A stretch of DNA of 64,000 nt from an uncultured Pseudomonadota bacterium. GTDB lineage: Bacteria; Pseudomonadota; Gammaproteobacteria; Burkholderiales; SG8-39. Below, one piece after another: positions 23,311 through 34,685 of the stretch (position 1 is its first letter; every line of letters starts with the position of its first letter). Below the pieces are notes generated by a model, which was given only the letters and a program-made list of their open reading frames with translations, had not been told where the DNA came from and did not search any database. The DNA is taken from the NCBI GenBank assembly GCA_903834835.1, contig CAILKO010000043.1:103787-167786 (forward strand). Reading direction: 5' to 3'. Both the position numbers and the translations under genes were made by a program.

Positions 23311-23334
23311 GGGTCTGACCCCGGGGTCTGACCC
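23311..23334. repeat. REP-like tandem palindrome (GGGTCTGACCCC GGGGTCTGACCC)
   Basis: Two adjacent imperfect-palindrome units between the cupin paralogues. Confidence 0.65.
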
Positions 23335-23367
23335 TGAGGTGACTGGCGGGCGAGCAGGGGAGTCGAG

Positions 23368-23883
23368 ATGTCCGATGCATTGAAGACCCGTGTCCGCGAG
23401 CGCGGGCCCACCGAGCACAGCATCTACGAGCGCACGCTCAAGTGGATGGTGGACTGGCGCGAGCGCGCATTCAAGCGCGCGATCGTGATCCGCGGCGACG
23501 AGATCGAATGGGAGCAGTCGCGCCAGGGGCGTCTCAAGTGGTTCATCAACCGCGAGACCGACGACACCTGTGTCGGCGCGCTGCGCGACTGGAACGTGTT
23601 TCTGCACGACATCAAGACCCACTCGGGCGCGCATCGTCACCAGGGCGGCCTCGTCATCTACGTGGTCGAAGGCGAGGGGTATACCGAAGTGGACGGCGAC
23701 CGCAAGGACTGGCAGGAGGGCGACGTGCTGCTGCTGCCGCTCAAGCCGGACGGCGTTGTCCACAAGCATTTCAATCGCCGGCCCGGCAAGAGCGCAATCT
23801 GGATGGCGTGGATCTACAGCCCCTACATGGACGAGCTCGGCAAGTGGATCGAGCAGAAGGAAATCTCGCCGGACTTCAAGTAG
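23368..23883 (+). CDS. Cupin-domain protein, copy 2
   Basis: Close paralogue of 22787-23305. Confidence 0.88.
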   Translation: MSDALKTRVRERGPTEHSIYERTLKWMVDWRERAFKRAIVIRGDEIEWEQSRQGRLKWFINRETDDTCVGALRDWNVFLHDIKTHSGAHRHQGGLVIYVVEGEGYTEVDGDRKDWQEGDVLLLPLKPDGVVHKHFNRRPGKSAIWMAWIYSPYMDELGKWIEQKEISPDFK

Positions 23884-23933
23884 CGGCTTGGCGCGGGCGC
23901 CGGAGGGGAGGCCGGCGAGTCTTGTGCGAATAG

Positions 23934-23955
23934 ATGGTAACGAATATGTTACTAG
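23934..23955. repeat. AT-rich palindrome, copy 2 (ATGGTAAC-GAATAT-GTTACTAG)
   Basis: Matches copies at 18256 and 34614. Confidence 0.75.
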
Positions 23956-23997
23956 CTATTTCCTGCAGCCGTTTTCCCGGTCCCCAAGTCGTATGGC

Positions 23998-25257
23998 ATG
24001 GAGAACCCCATGAGCGCACTGCCCGAGGAAATCACTGTCAATCCCGAGAACTGCTGGCGACTCGAGACGCCGGGCGCCCAGGGCTGGGAAGGCTCGGCGC
24101 GACCGGGCACGGAGAAGAAATATTTCATCATCTCCACCGACAGCCACCTCGGGCCACCGCCCACGCTGTTCCGTGATCGCATCGAGAAGAAATACGTCGA
24201 TCGTCTCCCGCGCATCGAGAACCGCGACGGCCGCCGTTACCTCGTGCTGGAAGGGCGTCGACCGATGATGCTCGTGGAGGACACACTTGATGGCGAGGAC
24301 ATGGTGCGCGCCAAGGCCGGCAGCGGCTCGTCGATCGTGTTGCTGGGCGGGGGCGCCAGTTTCGATGAGCGTATCCGCCATCTCGATCTGGACGGCATCG
24401 ACGGCGAAGTGATCTTTCCGAACGGACCGGGTCTGCTGATGTGGGGCACTCACGACCCCGAGTTCGCGATGGCTCAGTGCCGTATCTGGAATACCTGGGC
24501 CTGGGAGCTGTGCGAGGCGCACAAGGCGCGTTGCAATCCGGCAGCGGCCCTCGCCACGGGCGACCTGGAAGGCTCGATCCGGGAAGTGGAACGCGTCGCG
24601 AAGCTGGGCTACCGCGTGCTCGCGCTGCCCTGCAAGCCGATCTGGGGCCCGGGCGACGCGATGCACGTGAACTACAACCAGAAGCACTTCGACCCGCTGT
24701 GGGCGGCGATTCAGGACGCGGATCTGGCGATCACGTTTCATGTCTCGACCGGCACCGATCCGCGCGGCGCGCGTTCCGACGGCGGCGCGATCATCAATTA
24801 TGTGATCCACGCGACCGCGCCGACCATGGAGCCGGTGGTGAATCTGTGCGCCTCGGGCGTGCTTGACCGCTTCCCCGGGCTGCGCTTTGCCACCATCGAG
24901 GCGAATGCGGGCTGGCTGCCGTGGCTGCTCGATACCATGGACGAGGGCGTGCGCAAGCACCACATGTACGTGAACCCGAAGCTCAGGATGCTGCCGAGCG
25001 AGTACTTCAGGGCGCATGGCGGGGCCTCGGTCTGTGACGATCGGGCGGCGCTGTTGCTGGTCGAGAAATTCGGGCTGGAGAACAACCTGATGTTCGCGAA
25101 CGACTACCCGCACCATGAGGGGAGCTGGCCGCATTCCGCCCAGGTGATCGAGCGCAACATGGGGCATCTGCGGGAAGGGACGCGGCGCAGGATACTCGGA
25201 CTCAACGCGGCGCGCTTCTTCCGCTTCGACATTCCGGAACAGTACCGCAACGTCTGA
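23998..25257 (+). CDS. Amidohydrolase_2-family metal-dependent hydrolase
   Basis: IISTDSH, DLDGIDGEVIFPN, ITFHVSTG, EANAGWLP, MFANDYPHHEGSWP. Confidence 0.9.
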   Translation: MENPMSALPEEITVNPENCWRLETPGAQGWEGSARPGTEKKYFIISTDSHLGPPPTLFRDRIEKKYVDRLPRIENRDGRRYLVLEGRRPMMLVEDTLDGEDMVRAKAGSGSSIVLLGGGASFDERIRHLDLDGIDGEVIFPNGPGLLMWGTHDPEFAMAQCRIWNTWAWELCEAHKARCNPAAALATGDLEGSIREVERVAKLGYRVLALPCKPIWGPGDAMHVNYNQKHFDPLWAAIQDADLAITFHVSTGTDPRGARSDGGAIINYVIHATAPTMEPVVNLCASGVLDRFPGLRFATIEANAGWLPWLLDTMDEGVRKHHMYVNPKLRMLPSEYFRAHGGASVCDDRAALLLVEKFGLENNLMFANDYPHHEGSWPHSAQVIERNMGHLREGTRRRILGLNAARFFRFDIPEQYRNV

Positions 25258-25273
25258 TCACGAGGAGCAGTCC

Positions 25274-25885
25274 ATGGATGCGAGGACCGAGAACGCACTG
25301 CAGCGCTTCGTGCGCAAGACGCGGGCGCTGTTCGCAAGCGAGGCCGACCCGGAACGGCGCTGGACCGCGCTCAGCCCCGCGTTTGCCGAGCTCCTGGCAG
25401 ATCCCGCGGTGATCGAGGCCTCGCGCAGCTGGCCTGACTGCATGCCTTCGGACGGACGCGCGGAGAATCTGCTGTTCTATGTGGATCCGGATTACGGGTT
25501 TGCGATCAACGGGCTCACGAAGGCAACCGACCAGAGCGGCGCGCCGCGCATCCACCACCATGCCCACCTCTATACGCTGTACGGCGTGCTGGACGGCCAT
25601 GAGCGCATGGAGCGCTATGAGCGGCTCGACGACGGTACGCGCGCAGGCTATGCGGAAATCCGCAGGACCGTGGATTCGACGGTGGGGCCTGGCGAAATCG
25701 ATCTCGTACGGCCCTACGAGGTGCACGCCGAGGTGACCGTAGGCGAGCGGACGGTGGCGGTGATCGTACGCAGTGAAAAGGCAGGCAGCTTCAACCAGGG
25801 GCGGTTTCTGCCCGACGAGAAGCGCTACTACGAGAGCCTGGGACCGAAGCAGACGCCTTGCGAGATGCTGCCCGCGCGCGCCTGA
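25274..25885 (+). CDS. Cysteine-dioxygenase-like cupin protein
   Basis: IHHHAH...YGVLDGHE..ERYER...PYEVHAE pattern. Confidence 0.65.
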   Translation: MDARTENALQRFVRKTRALFASEADPERRWTALSPAFAELLADPAVIEASRSWPDCMPSDGRAENLLFYVDPDYGFAINGLTKATDQSGAPRIHHHAHLYTLYGVLDGHERMERYERLDDGTRAGYAEIRRTVDSTVGPGEIDLVRPYEVHAEVTVGERTVAVIVRSEKAGSFNQGRFLPDEKRYYESLGPKQTPCEMLPARA

Positions 25886-25900
25886 GCGCGTTGCGGTGGC

Positions 25901-26185
25901 TTAGCGCAGAGCGGGGAAATTCGGTGCGCGGGGAGCTTCCGCGCACGCACCGCGCTGCAGCGCCTGTAGTTCTTCCAGAGGACGCGCGGTATCGTCAACA
26001 TCGCGTCCGCGTATCGAAACCACGATCCGCGGGCCCGGCACAGGTATTCGCGCGCTGTACCAGACCGGCGGCGTGCTGGACATCATCAGCGTGCCGGTCT
26101 GCGGGTCCTTCCAGCTGTACACCTGGGCTGCACAGGGGAGTGGAAGGGCAAGCATCAAGGCGGCGGGAATTGCAAATCTTGTCAA
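25901..26185 (-). CDS. DUF4124-like secreted protein
   Basis: Signal peptide then AAQVYSWKDPQTG...SSTPP; TTG start inferred. Confidence 0.65.
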   Translation of the reverse strand: MTRFAIPAALMLALPLPCAAQVYSWKDPQTGTLMMSSTPPVWYSARIPVPGPRIVVSIRGRDVDDTARPLEELQALQRGACAEAPRAPNFPALR

Positions 26186-26331
26186 GGGAATTTCTTGTTC
26201 GGGTGCGATGGAAGAAGGCGCGCATGATGCAGCAAAATGTGGCGAAAGCCTGTGCGAAATGTAACGTTGGGGACGGTTCACTGCGATGAAGCTTGATCGC
26301 TACCCGGGAACTTCAGGATTGAGGAGGATGC

Positions 26332-27672
26332 ATGTCTGAAGCAGGACGACTCTTTTTCCGTTTCGCGCTGCGCGCGACCCTCGCGGTTGCGATTGCCGTC
26401 GGCCTCTGGGCGGCGGGCATTCCCGCGGAGTTCGTGCTGTTCGCGCTGACGCTCGCGGGCGTCGCGCTGCTGCACCGGCACAACCTCCAGGTTGCGCTCA
26501 CGGGTCTCGCGGTGCTGACGCTCTACAAGCTCGGCTTCGCGGAGTTCAAATCCGGGCCCGGGTTCGGCGGCCTCGTTCAGCACCTCGCGCATGAATGGGT
26601 GATTCTCGCAAACCTTTTCGCGCTGCTGCTCGGATTCGCGCTGCTCGCGAGGCAGTTCGAGGAAAGCAGGCTGCCGCTGGTACTGCCGCGCATTCTGCCG
26701 GACGACTGGCGCGGCGGTTTCATGCTGCTCGTGATGATCTTCGTGCTGTCGTCCTTCCTCGACAACATCGCGGCGGCGCTGATCGGGGGATCTATTGCCG
26801 GCACGGTGTTTCGTGGACGCGTGCATATCGGCTATCTCGCGGCGATTGTCGCAGCCTCGAACGCCGGGGGTGCGGGCAGCGTGGTCGGCGACACGACCAC
26901 CACGATGATGTGGCTGGACGGCGTCGATCCGCGCGAGGTGCTCGAGGCTTTCCTCGCTTCCGGGACGGCGGTCGTGATCTTCGGCATTCCCGCATCGCTG
27001 CAGCAGCATCGCCACTCCCCGATCACGGCGGATGCACCGGTGGGCGTAAGCATCGACTGGGCGCGGGTGGCAATCGTCGCGATGATGCTCGTCGCCGCGA
27101 TCGTGGCGAACGTGTCCGCCAACCTGGTTTTTCCCGCGCTGGCGGACGCGTTTCCGCTGCTCGGCGCTTCGGTCTGGGCGGTTATCCTGCTTACCGCGGG
27201 CTGGCGCAGGCCTGCCTGGGAATCCCTGCCCGAGGCGCTGAAGGGCAGCATCTTTCTGCTCTCGCTCATACTGTGCGCGTCCTACATGCCGGTCGAAACC
27301 CTGCCGCCGGCCGGCTGGGATACGGCATTCGGTCTGGGTTTCGTTTCGGCGGTCTTCGACAACATTCCGCTTACTGCGCTTGCGCTGAAGCAGGGCGGGT
27401 ACGACTGGGGTTTCCTTGCGTTTGCGGTCGGCTTCGGCGGTTCGATGATCTGGTTCGGATCGAGCGCCGGTGTGGCGCTGGCAAGCGTCTATCCGCAGGC
27501 GCGTTCGGTGGGTTTGTGGATCCGGCACGGGTGGCCGATTGTCGTAGCCTATGTTGCTGGGTTCTTCGTGCTGCTCGCAGTGCAGGGTTGGCATCCGCAT
27601 GCGCCGCACAAACGCGGTGCGGCGCCTGTCGTGCAGCAGGCGGTCCAGCAGGCCCAGGGCACCAGCCAGTGA
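26332..27672 (+). CDS. ArsB/NhaD/SLC13-type ion or carboxylate permease
   Basis: Many TM segments, SSFLDNIAAA, ASNAGGAGSVVGDTTTTM, SAVFDNIPL; GAGGAGG RBS. Confidence 0.88.
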   Translation: MSEAGRLFFRFALRATLAVAIAVGLWAAGIPAEFVLFALTLAGVALLHRHNLQVALTGLAVLTLYKLGFAEFKSGPGFGGLVQHLAHEWVILANLFALLLGFALLARQFEESRLPLVLPRILPDDWRGGFMLLVMIFVLSSFLDNIAAALIGGSIAGTVFRGRVHIGYLAAIVAASNAGGAGSVVGDTTTTMMWLDGVDPREVLEAFLASGTAVVIFGIPASLQQHRHSPITADAPVGVSIDWARVAIVAMMLVAAIVANVSANLVFPALADAFPLLGASVWAVILLTAGWRRPAWESLPEALKGSIFLLSLILCASYMPVETLPPAGWDTAFGLGFVSAVFDNIPLTALALKQGGYDWGFLAFAVGFGGSMIWFGSSAGVALASVYPQARSVGLWIRHGWPIVVAYVAGFFVLLAVQGWHPHAPHKRGAAPVVQQAVQQAQGTSQ

Positions 27673-28478
27673 GTACCGCCGCGCAGCTTTCGCTCATGCC
27701 GGTGACCATCTCGGATGCGGGACCGATCGAAGTGGTCGACGCGGCGGTGGCGGCGGGTTACGACTCCTACGGCCTGACGCTCTGGGGATTTTCCGGCGGT
27801 GCGAGCGCTACGCTCGGCGATCCCGCCGCGATGCGTGCGCTGGAAGCCCGGGTGCGCGATGCGGGGCTGCCGGTACTCACAATTGAAGCGGTCGGGCTTG
27901 CGCCGGATTTCAGGCTGGCGCCGCTGGAGCCGCTGCTCGATGCGGCCGCGCGCCTCTCGTGTCCCTACCTGAACGTATGCGGGGACGATCCGGACGAGGG
28001 GCGCATGACGGACAGCCTCGCGGCGCTCGCGACGCTCGCGGCCACGCGCGGCGTGCGCATCGCGCTGGAGTTCATATCGCGGCTGAAGCTGCGCAGCATC
28101 GGCCAGGCGCGCGCGATGATCGAACGGGCTGGCGTACCCGGCATCGAACTCGTCGTGGATTCGCTGCATCTGTATCGTTCCGGCGGTCAGGCGGCGGACC
28201 TCGCCGGGCTGGCGGCAGCGCAGGTCGCCTACGCCCAGCTCTGCGATGCGCCGTTGCTGCGCCCGCCGGAACCGGAGTACGTGATGGAAGGGCGCACGAA
28301 CCGGCTGTATCCAGGGGAGGGCGGCCTGCCGCTGGGCGAGTTTCTTGACGCATTGCCGCCGGGACGGCCGCTGGGTGTCGAAGTGCCGAATCTCGCGAGC
28401 AATCGCCACGCGCCGAGGGAGCGCGCGCGGCTCGCGCTCGACATGACGCGGCGGTATCTTGCCGCGCGCGGCGCCTAG
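27669..28478 (+). CDS. Sugar-phosphate isomerase/epimerase (xylose isomerase-like TIM barrel)
   Basis: IALEF, VDSLHLYR, QLCDA, RLYPGEGGLPL, GVEVP; GTG start overlapping the permease stop. Confidence 0.85.
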   Translation: MSTAAQLSLMPVTISDAGPIEVVDAAVAAGYDSYGLTLWGFSGGASATLGDPAAMRALEARVRDAGLPVLTIEAVGLAPDFRLAPLEPLLDAAARLSCPYLNVCGDDPDEGRMTDSLAALATLAATRGVRIALEFISRLKLRSIGQARAMIERAGVPGIELVVDSLHLYRSGGQAADLAGLAAAQVAYAQLCDAPLLRPPEPEYVMEGRTNRLYPGEGGLPLGEFLDALPPGRPLGVEVPNLASNRHAPRERARLALDMTRRYLAARGA

Positions 28479-28972
28479 GAGCGCGCGGGCCGGGCGCGAG
28501 CCTTCGGTTCCGGTTTTGGTATCGGGAGCGGGCTTTCCTTTAGGCAGCGCAATACGAAATTGGACTTGCTGTGCCGGATGCCTGGAATCTTGTACAGGCG
28601 TTCGCGCAGCAGCCGCTCGTAGTCGCGCGTGTCCTGGACGGCAATGCGCAGAAAATAATCGTATTCGCCGGACACGAGGTAGGCTTCCAGCACTTCGGGT
28701 ATCTGGCGCAAGGCTTTTCCGAAGTCGTACAGCGTCTCGTCCGAGTGGCTCTCCAGCGTGAGCTGCAGGATCACTGTGTCGTGCAGTCCCACCGCGTCAG
28801 GATTGATACGCGTGATATAGCCCTGGATGACGCCTTCCTTCTCAAGACGCTTGATGCGGTTCCAGCACGGTGTGGAGGAAAGGCCGACCTCGGCGCTGAT
28901 CTCCTGCAGGCTGGCGCGGGCATGTCCCTGCAGGAAGCGCAGGATCGCAAGATCGAACTTGTCCAGAGCCAT
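28475..28972 (-). CDS. Lrp/AsnC-family regulator (BkdR-like position)
   Basis: LDKFDLAIL...VGLSSTPCWNRIKRLE...SGEYDYFL. Confidence 0.93.
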   Translation of the reverse strand: MALDKFDLAILRFLQGHARASLQEISAEVGLSSTPCWNRIKRLEKEGVIQGYITRINPDAVGLHDTVILQLTLESHSDETLYDFGKALRQIPEVLEAYLVSGEYDYFLRIAVQDTRDYERLLRERLYKIPGIRHSKSNFVLRCLKESPLPIPKPEPKARARPARS

Positions 28973-29082
28973 GAAAAAATCCTTCTTGTAAATGACCAAA
29001 ACAGGAAAATTTTTCCAATTCATGGAGAAGATACAGGATACTGCGGACAGTTTTTTTTCGCCGGCCGAATTACAGTAGCGCC

Positions 29083-30897
29083 ATGTCCGAGACTGACACC
29101 GACACCCATCAAGCCACGAGCCCTGCAGTCGCAATGCCGCGGACCGACACCCGTACGCGCAACGGCGCCGAATGGCTGCTCGAGGGCTTGCTCGCCTGCG
29201 GCGTGGATACGGTCTTCGGCTACCCGGGCGGGGCGGCGCTGCCGATCTACGACGCGCTTTATGCCGAGCCCAGGCTGAGGCACATCCTCGTGCGTCATGA
29301 GCAGGCGGCGGTGCACGCGGCCGAAGGCTATGCGCGCACCACCGGCCGTCCCGGAGTGGTGCTTGTGACCTCCGGGCCGGGCGTGAGCAACACCATCACG
29401 GGACTGCTGGATGCGATCAGCGATTCCATCCCTGTGGTGTGCATCGCGGGGCAGGTCGCCGTGCCCTCGCTCGGCACCGGCGCGTTTCAGGAGAGCGATG
29501 CGCTCGGCATCTCGAGACCGGTCACGAAGTGGAACTGCCAGATCCGGGATGGCGCCGAGGTGCTTGCGATTGTCGCGAAGGCCTTCGAGATTGCGACATC
29601 CGGCCGGCCCGGTCCGGTCCTGATCGATTTTCCCAAGGATGTGCAGCTCGCACCGGCGCCTCAGCGTGCGATGGCTGCGCAGGTGCCATCGACCCGGCCG
29701 GCGCTGCCGGATGCCGGGCGTCTGCGGCAGGCGGTGGCGCTCATTCGGGGTGCATCGCGTCCGGTGTTCTATGGCGGAGGGGGGCTGATCAATTCGGGCC
29801 CCGGCGCGTGCGCGAAGTTCGCTGAGCTTGTGCGCCGCACGGGCGCGCCCTGCACGCTCACGCTGCTGGGGCTTGGCGCATTTCCCGCATCGGATCCCCA
29901 GTTCGTCGGCATGCTCGGCATGCACGGCAATCTCGAAGCCAATCTGGCAATGCACCATGCGGATCTCGTGGTGAACATCGGTGCACGCTTCGACGACCGG
30001 GTGACGGGAAAACTGTCGGATTTCTGCCCGCAGGCGAAGAAGATCCATGTCGACATCGACGCTTCCTCGATCAACAAGATCATCCAGGTGGACGTGCCCC
30101 TGGTCGGCGATTGCGAGGCCGTGCTCGATGCGCTGCTCGCTGAAATCGGTCCTGATCCGCTGCCGGCGGCGCGCCTCGCGTCGTGGTGGGAGCGCATCCG
30201 GCGCTGGCGCGCGGTGGATTGCCTCGCCTACACCCCGAAGCCGGATGCCATCGTGCCGCAGGCGCTGCTCTCGGCCGTGCAGCGTACGATCGACGGGCGC
30301 GATGCGATCGTCTCGACCGACGTGGGTCAGCACCAGATGTGGAGCGCCCAATACCTGCGTTTCGAACTGCCCTACCGCTGGCTGACCTCCGGCGGCGCCG
30401 GAACCATGGGCTATGGACTGCCGGCGGCGATCGGTGCGCAGATCGCGCATCCGGAGCGTCTCGTGGTCTGCGTGAGCGGCGATGCGTCGGTTCTGATGTG
30501 CATCCAGGAGCTCTCCACCGCGATCCAGCACAAGGCGCGGGTCAAGCTGGTGCTCTGCAACAACGGTTACATGGGCATGGTGCGCCAGTGGCAGGAACTC
30601 ATCCATGGCAACCGGATCAGCCACAGCTATACCGAGGCGCTGCCGGATTTCGTCGCGCTCGCGCGCGCCTTCGGCTGGGGCGCGCGATCTGTCGTCGACC
30701 CTTCCGAGCTCGACGCCGCGCTCGCCGAGTGCATCGCGTACGACGGGCCGTTCTTTCTGGATGTCAAGGTGACCGCGACCGAGAACTGTTTCCCCATGAT
30801 GCCGGCCGGCAAGGGGCATCACGAGGTGATGCTCGCGCCGGATCGCTACTACAGAGAGGACGACAACTTCAGGGAGGGCAACCCAGCGGACAGTTGA
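29083..30897 (+). CDS. ilvB: Acetolactate synthase large subunit (biosynthetic type)
   Basis: [31 protein letters not shown]...[12 protein letters not shown]hDP motif. Confidence 0.9.
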   Translation: MSETDTDTHQATSPAVAMPRTDTRTRNGAEWLLEGLLACGVDTVFGYPGGAALPIYDALYAEPRLRHILVRHEQAAVHAAEGYARTTGRPGVVLVTSGPGVSNTITGLLDAISDSIPVVCIAGQVAVPSLGTGAFQESDALGISRPVTKWNCQIRDGAEVLAIVAKAFEIATSGRPGPVLIDFPKDVQLAPAPQRAMAAQVPSTRPALPDAGRLRQAVALIRGASRPVFYGGGGLINSGPGACAKFAELVRRTGAPCTLTLLGLGAFPASDPQFVGMLGMHGNLEANLAMHHADLVVNIGARFDDRVTGKLSDFCPQAKKIHVDIDASSINKIIQVDVPLVGDCEAVLDALLAEIGPDPLPAARLASWWERIRRWRAVDCLAYTPKPDAIVPQALLSAVQRTIDGRDAIVSTDVGQHQMWSAQYLRFELPYRWLTSGGAGTMGYGLPAAIGAQIAHPERLVVCVSGDASVLMCIQELSTAIQHKARVKLVLCNNGYMGMVRQWQELIHGNRISHSYTEALPDFVALARAFGWGARSVVDPSELDAALAECIAYDGPFFLDVKVTATENCFPMMPAGKGHHEVMLAPDRYYREDDNFREGNPADS

Positions 30898-30902
30898 ACT
30901 GA

Positions 30903-32318
<1,416 letters not shown>

Positions 32319-32320
32319 TC

Positions 32321-33334
32321 ATGGCCGCGATGAACATGGTGCAGGCACTCAATTCGGCGATGGATGTGATGCTCGGGCGCGATCCCGACGTGCTGATCTT
32401 CGGCGAGGACGTGGGCTATTTCGGTGGCGTGTTTCGCGTGACCGACGGCCTGCAGAAAAAATACGGACGCGAGCGCGTGTTCGATACGCCGATTACCGAG
32501 GGCGGCATCGTCGCGCTCGCGGTCGGCATGGGGGCCTACGGACTGCGGCCGATCGTCGAGATCCAGTTCGCCGACTATATCTATCCCGCCATGGACCAGC
32601 TGATCTCCGAGGCCGCACGCCTGCGCTATCGATCGGGCGCGGAGTGGTTCGCGCCGATGACGGTGCGCGCGCCCTGCGGTGGCGGCATCTTCGGCGGCCA
32701 GACGCACAGCCAGAGCCCGGAGGCGCTGTTTACGCACGTGAGCGGGCTGAAGACCGTGATTCCGTCCAATCCCTACGATGCCAAAGGCCTGCTGATCAGC
32801 GCGATCGAGGACGACGACCCGGTCGTATTTCTGGAGCCCAAGCGTCTGTACAACGGACCCTTCGGCGGTCGACCCGACCAGCCGGCAAAATCCTGGGCGG
32901 GGCACCCGGACGCTGAGGTTCCGCTCGAGCACTACCGTGTCCCGCTCGGCAAGGCGAACATCGTGCGCGCGGGACAGGCGGCGACCGTGCTCGCCTACGG
33001 GACCATGGTGCATGTGGCGCTCGCTGCGGTCGCCGAATGCGGCATCGACGCGGAGGTGATCGATCTGCGCACGCTTTCTCCGGTCGATGTCGAAACGATT
33101 GCAGCGTCGGTCGACAAAACCGGCCGCTGCGTCATCGTCCATGAGGCGACGCGTTTCTCCGGCTACGGCGGGGAGCTTTGCGCGCTGGTGCAGGAGCACT
33201 GTTTCTACCGGCTGGAGGCGCCGATCGAGCGCGTTGCGGGTTGGGACACACCCTACCCCCATGCCTTCGAGTGGCAGTACTTTCCCGGCCCCGACCGGGT
33301 CGTGCAAGCCTTGCGACGCGTCGTGGAGGCCTGA
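32321..33334 (+). CDS. bkdA2: Branched-chain 2-oxoacid dehydrogenase E1 beta
   Basis: GEDVGYFGGVFR, EIQFADY, GGQTHSQSPE, GWDTPYPH. Confidence 0.93.
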   Translation: MAAMNMVQALNSAMDVMLGRDPDVLIFGEDVGYFGGVFRVTDGLQKKYGRERVFDTPITEGGIVALAVGMGAYGLRPIVEIQFADYIYPAMDQLISEAARLRYRSGAEWFAPMTVRAPCGGGIFGGQTHSQSPEALFTHVSGLKTVIPSNPYDAKGLLISAIEDDDPVVFLEPKRLYNGPFGGRPDQPAKSWAGHPDAEVPLEHYRVPLGKANIVRAGQAATVLAYGTMVHVALAAVAECGIDAEVIDLRTLSPVDVETIAASVDKTGRCVIVHEATRFSGYGGELCALVQEHCFYRLEAPIERVAGWDTPYPHAFEWQYFPGPDRVVQALRRVVEA

Positions 33335-33337
33335 GCC

Positions 33338-34564
33338 ATGCGACATGTGTTCCGTCTGCCGGATGTGGGTGAGGGGACGACCGAAGCCGAGATCGTGAAA
33401 TGGCATGTCGCGCCGGGTACCGTGGTGCGGGAAGACGATCCGCTGGTCGATGTGGCGACGGACAAGGCGGTCGTCGAGATCCCGTCGCCTGTTTCGGGTA
33501 CCGTGGTGACGCTGGGCGCGGCGCCGGGCGATTCGCTGCCTGTCGGGGCTGAGCTTGCGGTGATCGAGTCCGGCGTCGCGGCTGACGCGCCGGCTGGCTC
33601 GAGCGACTCAGCCGCGCTGTTCGATGTTGCGCAGCCTGCTTCCACGCAGGCCTTACAGAGTGTTCCGCCCGTTGTGGCCGTGCCCGTGGCCGCGACGGAA
33701 CCGGCGCATGGGGCGGGTCGCGTCTTCGCCTCGCCGTCGGTGCGACGTCACGCGCGCGAGCTGGGTATCGACATCGGAACGATCGCGGGCAGCGGTCCCG
33801 GAGGGCGCATCGTGCATGCGGACCTCACGACGCCTGGAAAGGCGATTGCCGCGCCGGCTGCCGACACGGGCGAAATCGAGACCGTGCGCATACTCGGCGT
33901 GCGTCGCAAAATCGCCCAGCACCTGGAGGAGTCCGCGCGCCGGATCCCGCATTTCGCCTATGTCGAGGAAATCGACATGACGGAACTCGAGTCCCTGCGC
34001 CGTCATTTGAACGAGCGCCATCCAGACCGTCCGCGGCTTACGCTGCTGCCCTTCCTGATCCGGGCGATGACGCGCGCGCTGGTTTCGCATCGCGACTTGA
34101 ACGCCCGCTTCGACGACGAGGCAGGGACGCTTGTGCGCTACCGTGCTGTGCACGTCGGCATCGCCACCCAGACCCCGAACGGGCTCATGGTGCCGGTGCT
34201 GCGCGATGCCGGACAGCTCGATCTATGGGCCTGCGCCGCGGGCATTGCAAGCCTTGCTGCAGCCGCGCGCGAGGGCCGGGCTACGCGCGACATGCTGAGC
34301 GGCTCGACGATTACCGTGACGAGCCTCGGCGCGCTGGGCGGTATCGCGACGACGCCTCTTATCAACCACCCGGAGACGGCCATCATCGGCGTGAACCGGC
34401 TGGAGCCTCGTCCGGTGGTGCGCGACGGCGCAATCGTGGTCCGGACGATGATGAATCTGTCGTCGTCCTTTGATCACCGGATCGTGGACGGCTGGCACGC
34501 GGCGGAGTTCATCGGTGCAATCCGCTCGCAACTCGAGCACCCGGCGACGCTGTACATCGATTGA
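33338..34564 (+). CDS. bkdB: Dihydrolipoamide acyltransferase E2
   Basis: Lipoyl TDKA motif, ASPSVRR E3-binding domain, FDHRIVDG. Confidence 0.93.
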   Translation: MRHVFRLPDVGEGTTEAEIVKWHVAPGTVVREDDPLVDVATDKAVVEIPSPVSGTVVTLGAAPGDSLPVGAELAVIESGVAADAPAGSSDSAALFDVAQPASTQALQSVPPVVAVPVAATEPAHGAGRVFASPSVRRHARELGIDIGTIAGSGPGGRIVHADLTTPGKAIAAPAADTGEIETVRILGVRRKIAQHLEESARRIPHFAYVEEIDMTELESLRRHLNERHPDRPRLTLLPFLIRAMTRALVSHRDLNARFDDEAGTLVRYRAVHVGIATQTPNGLMVPVLRDAGQLDLWACAAGIASLAAAAREGRATRDMLSGSTITVTSLGALGGIATTPLINHPETAIIGVNRLEPRPVVRDGAIVVRTMMNLSSSFDHRIVDGWHAAEFIGAIRSQLEHPATLYID

Positions 34565-34613
34565 GCGCGTGCGCGACGCGGTGAAGGGAGCCTGGCGGGC
34601 CTGGACTATATAA

Positions 34614-34635
34614 ATAGTAACAAATATGTTACTAA
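34614..34635. repeat. AT-rich palindrome, copy 3 (ATAGTAAC-AAATAT-GTTACTAA)
   Basis: Lies between convergent bkdB and thioredoxin genes. Confidence 0.8.
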
Positions 34636-34685
34636 CTGTTCCGTCGCAGCCCGCCATGTTCCTCGGGCGGCCCGGTGGCTGCGTC

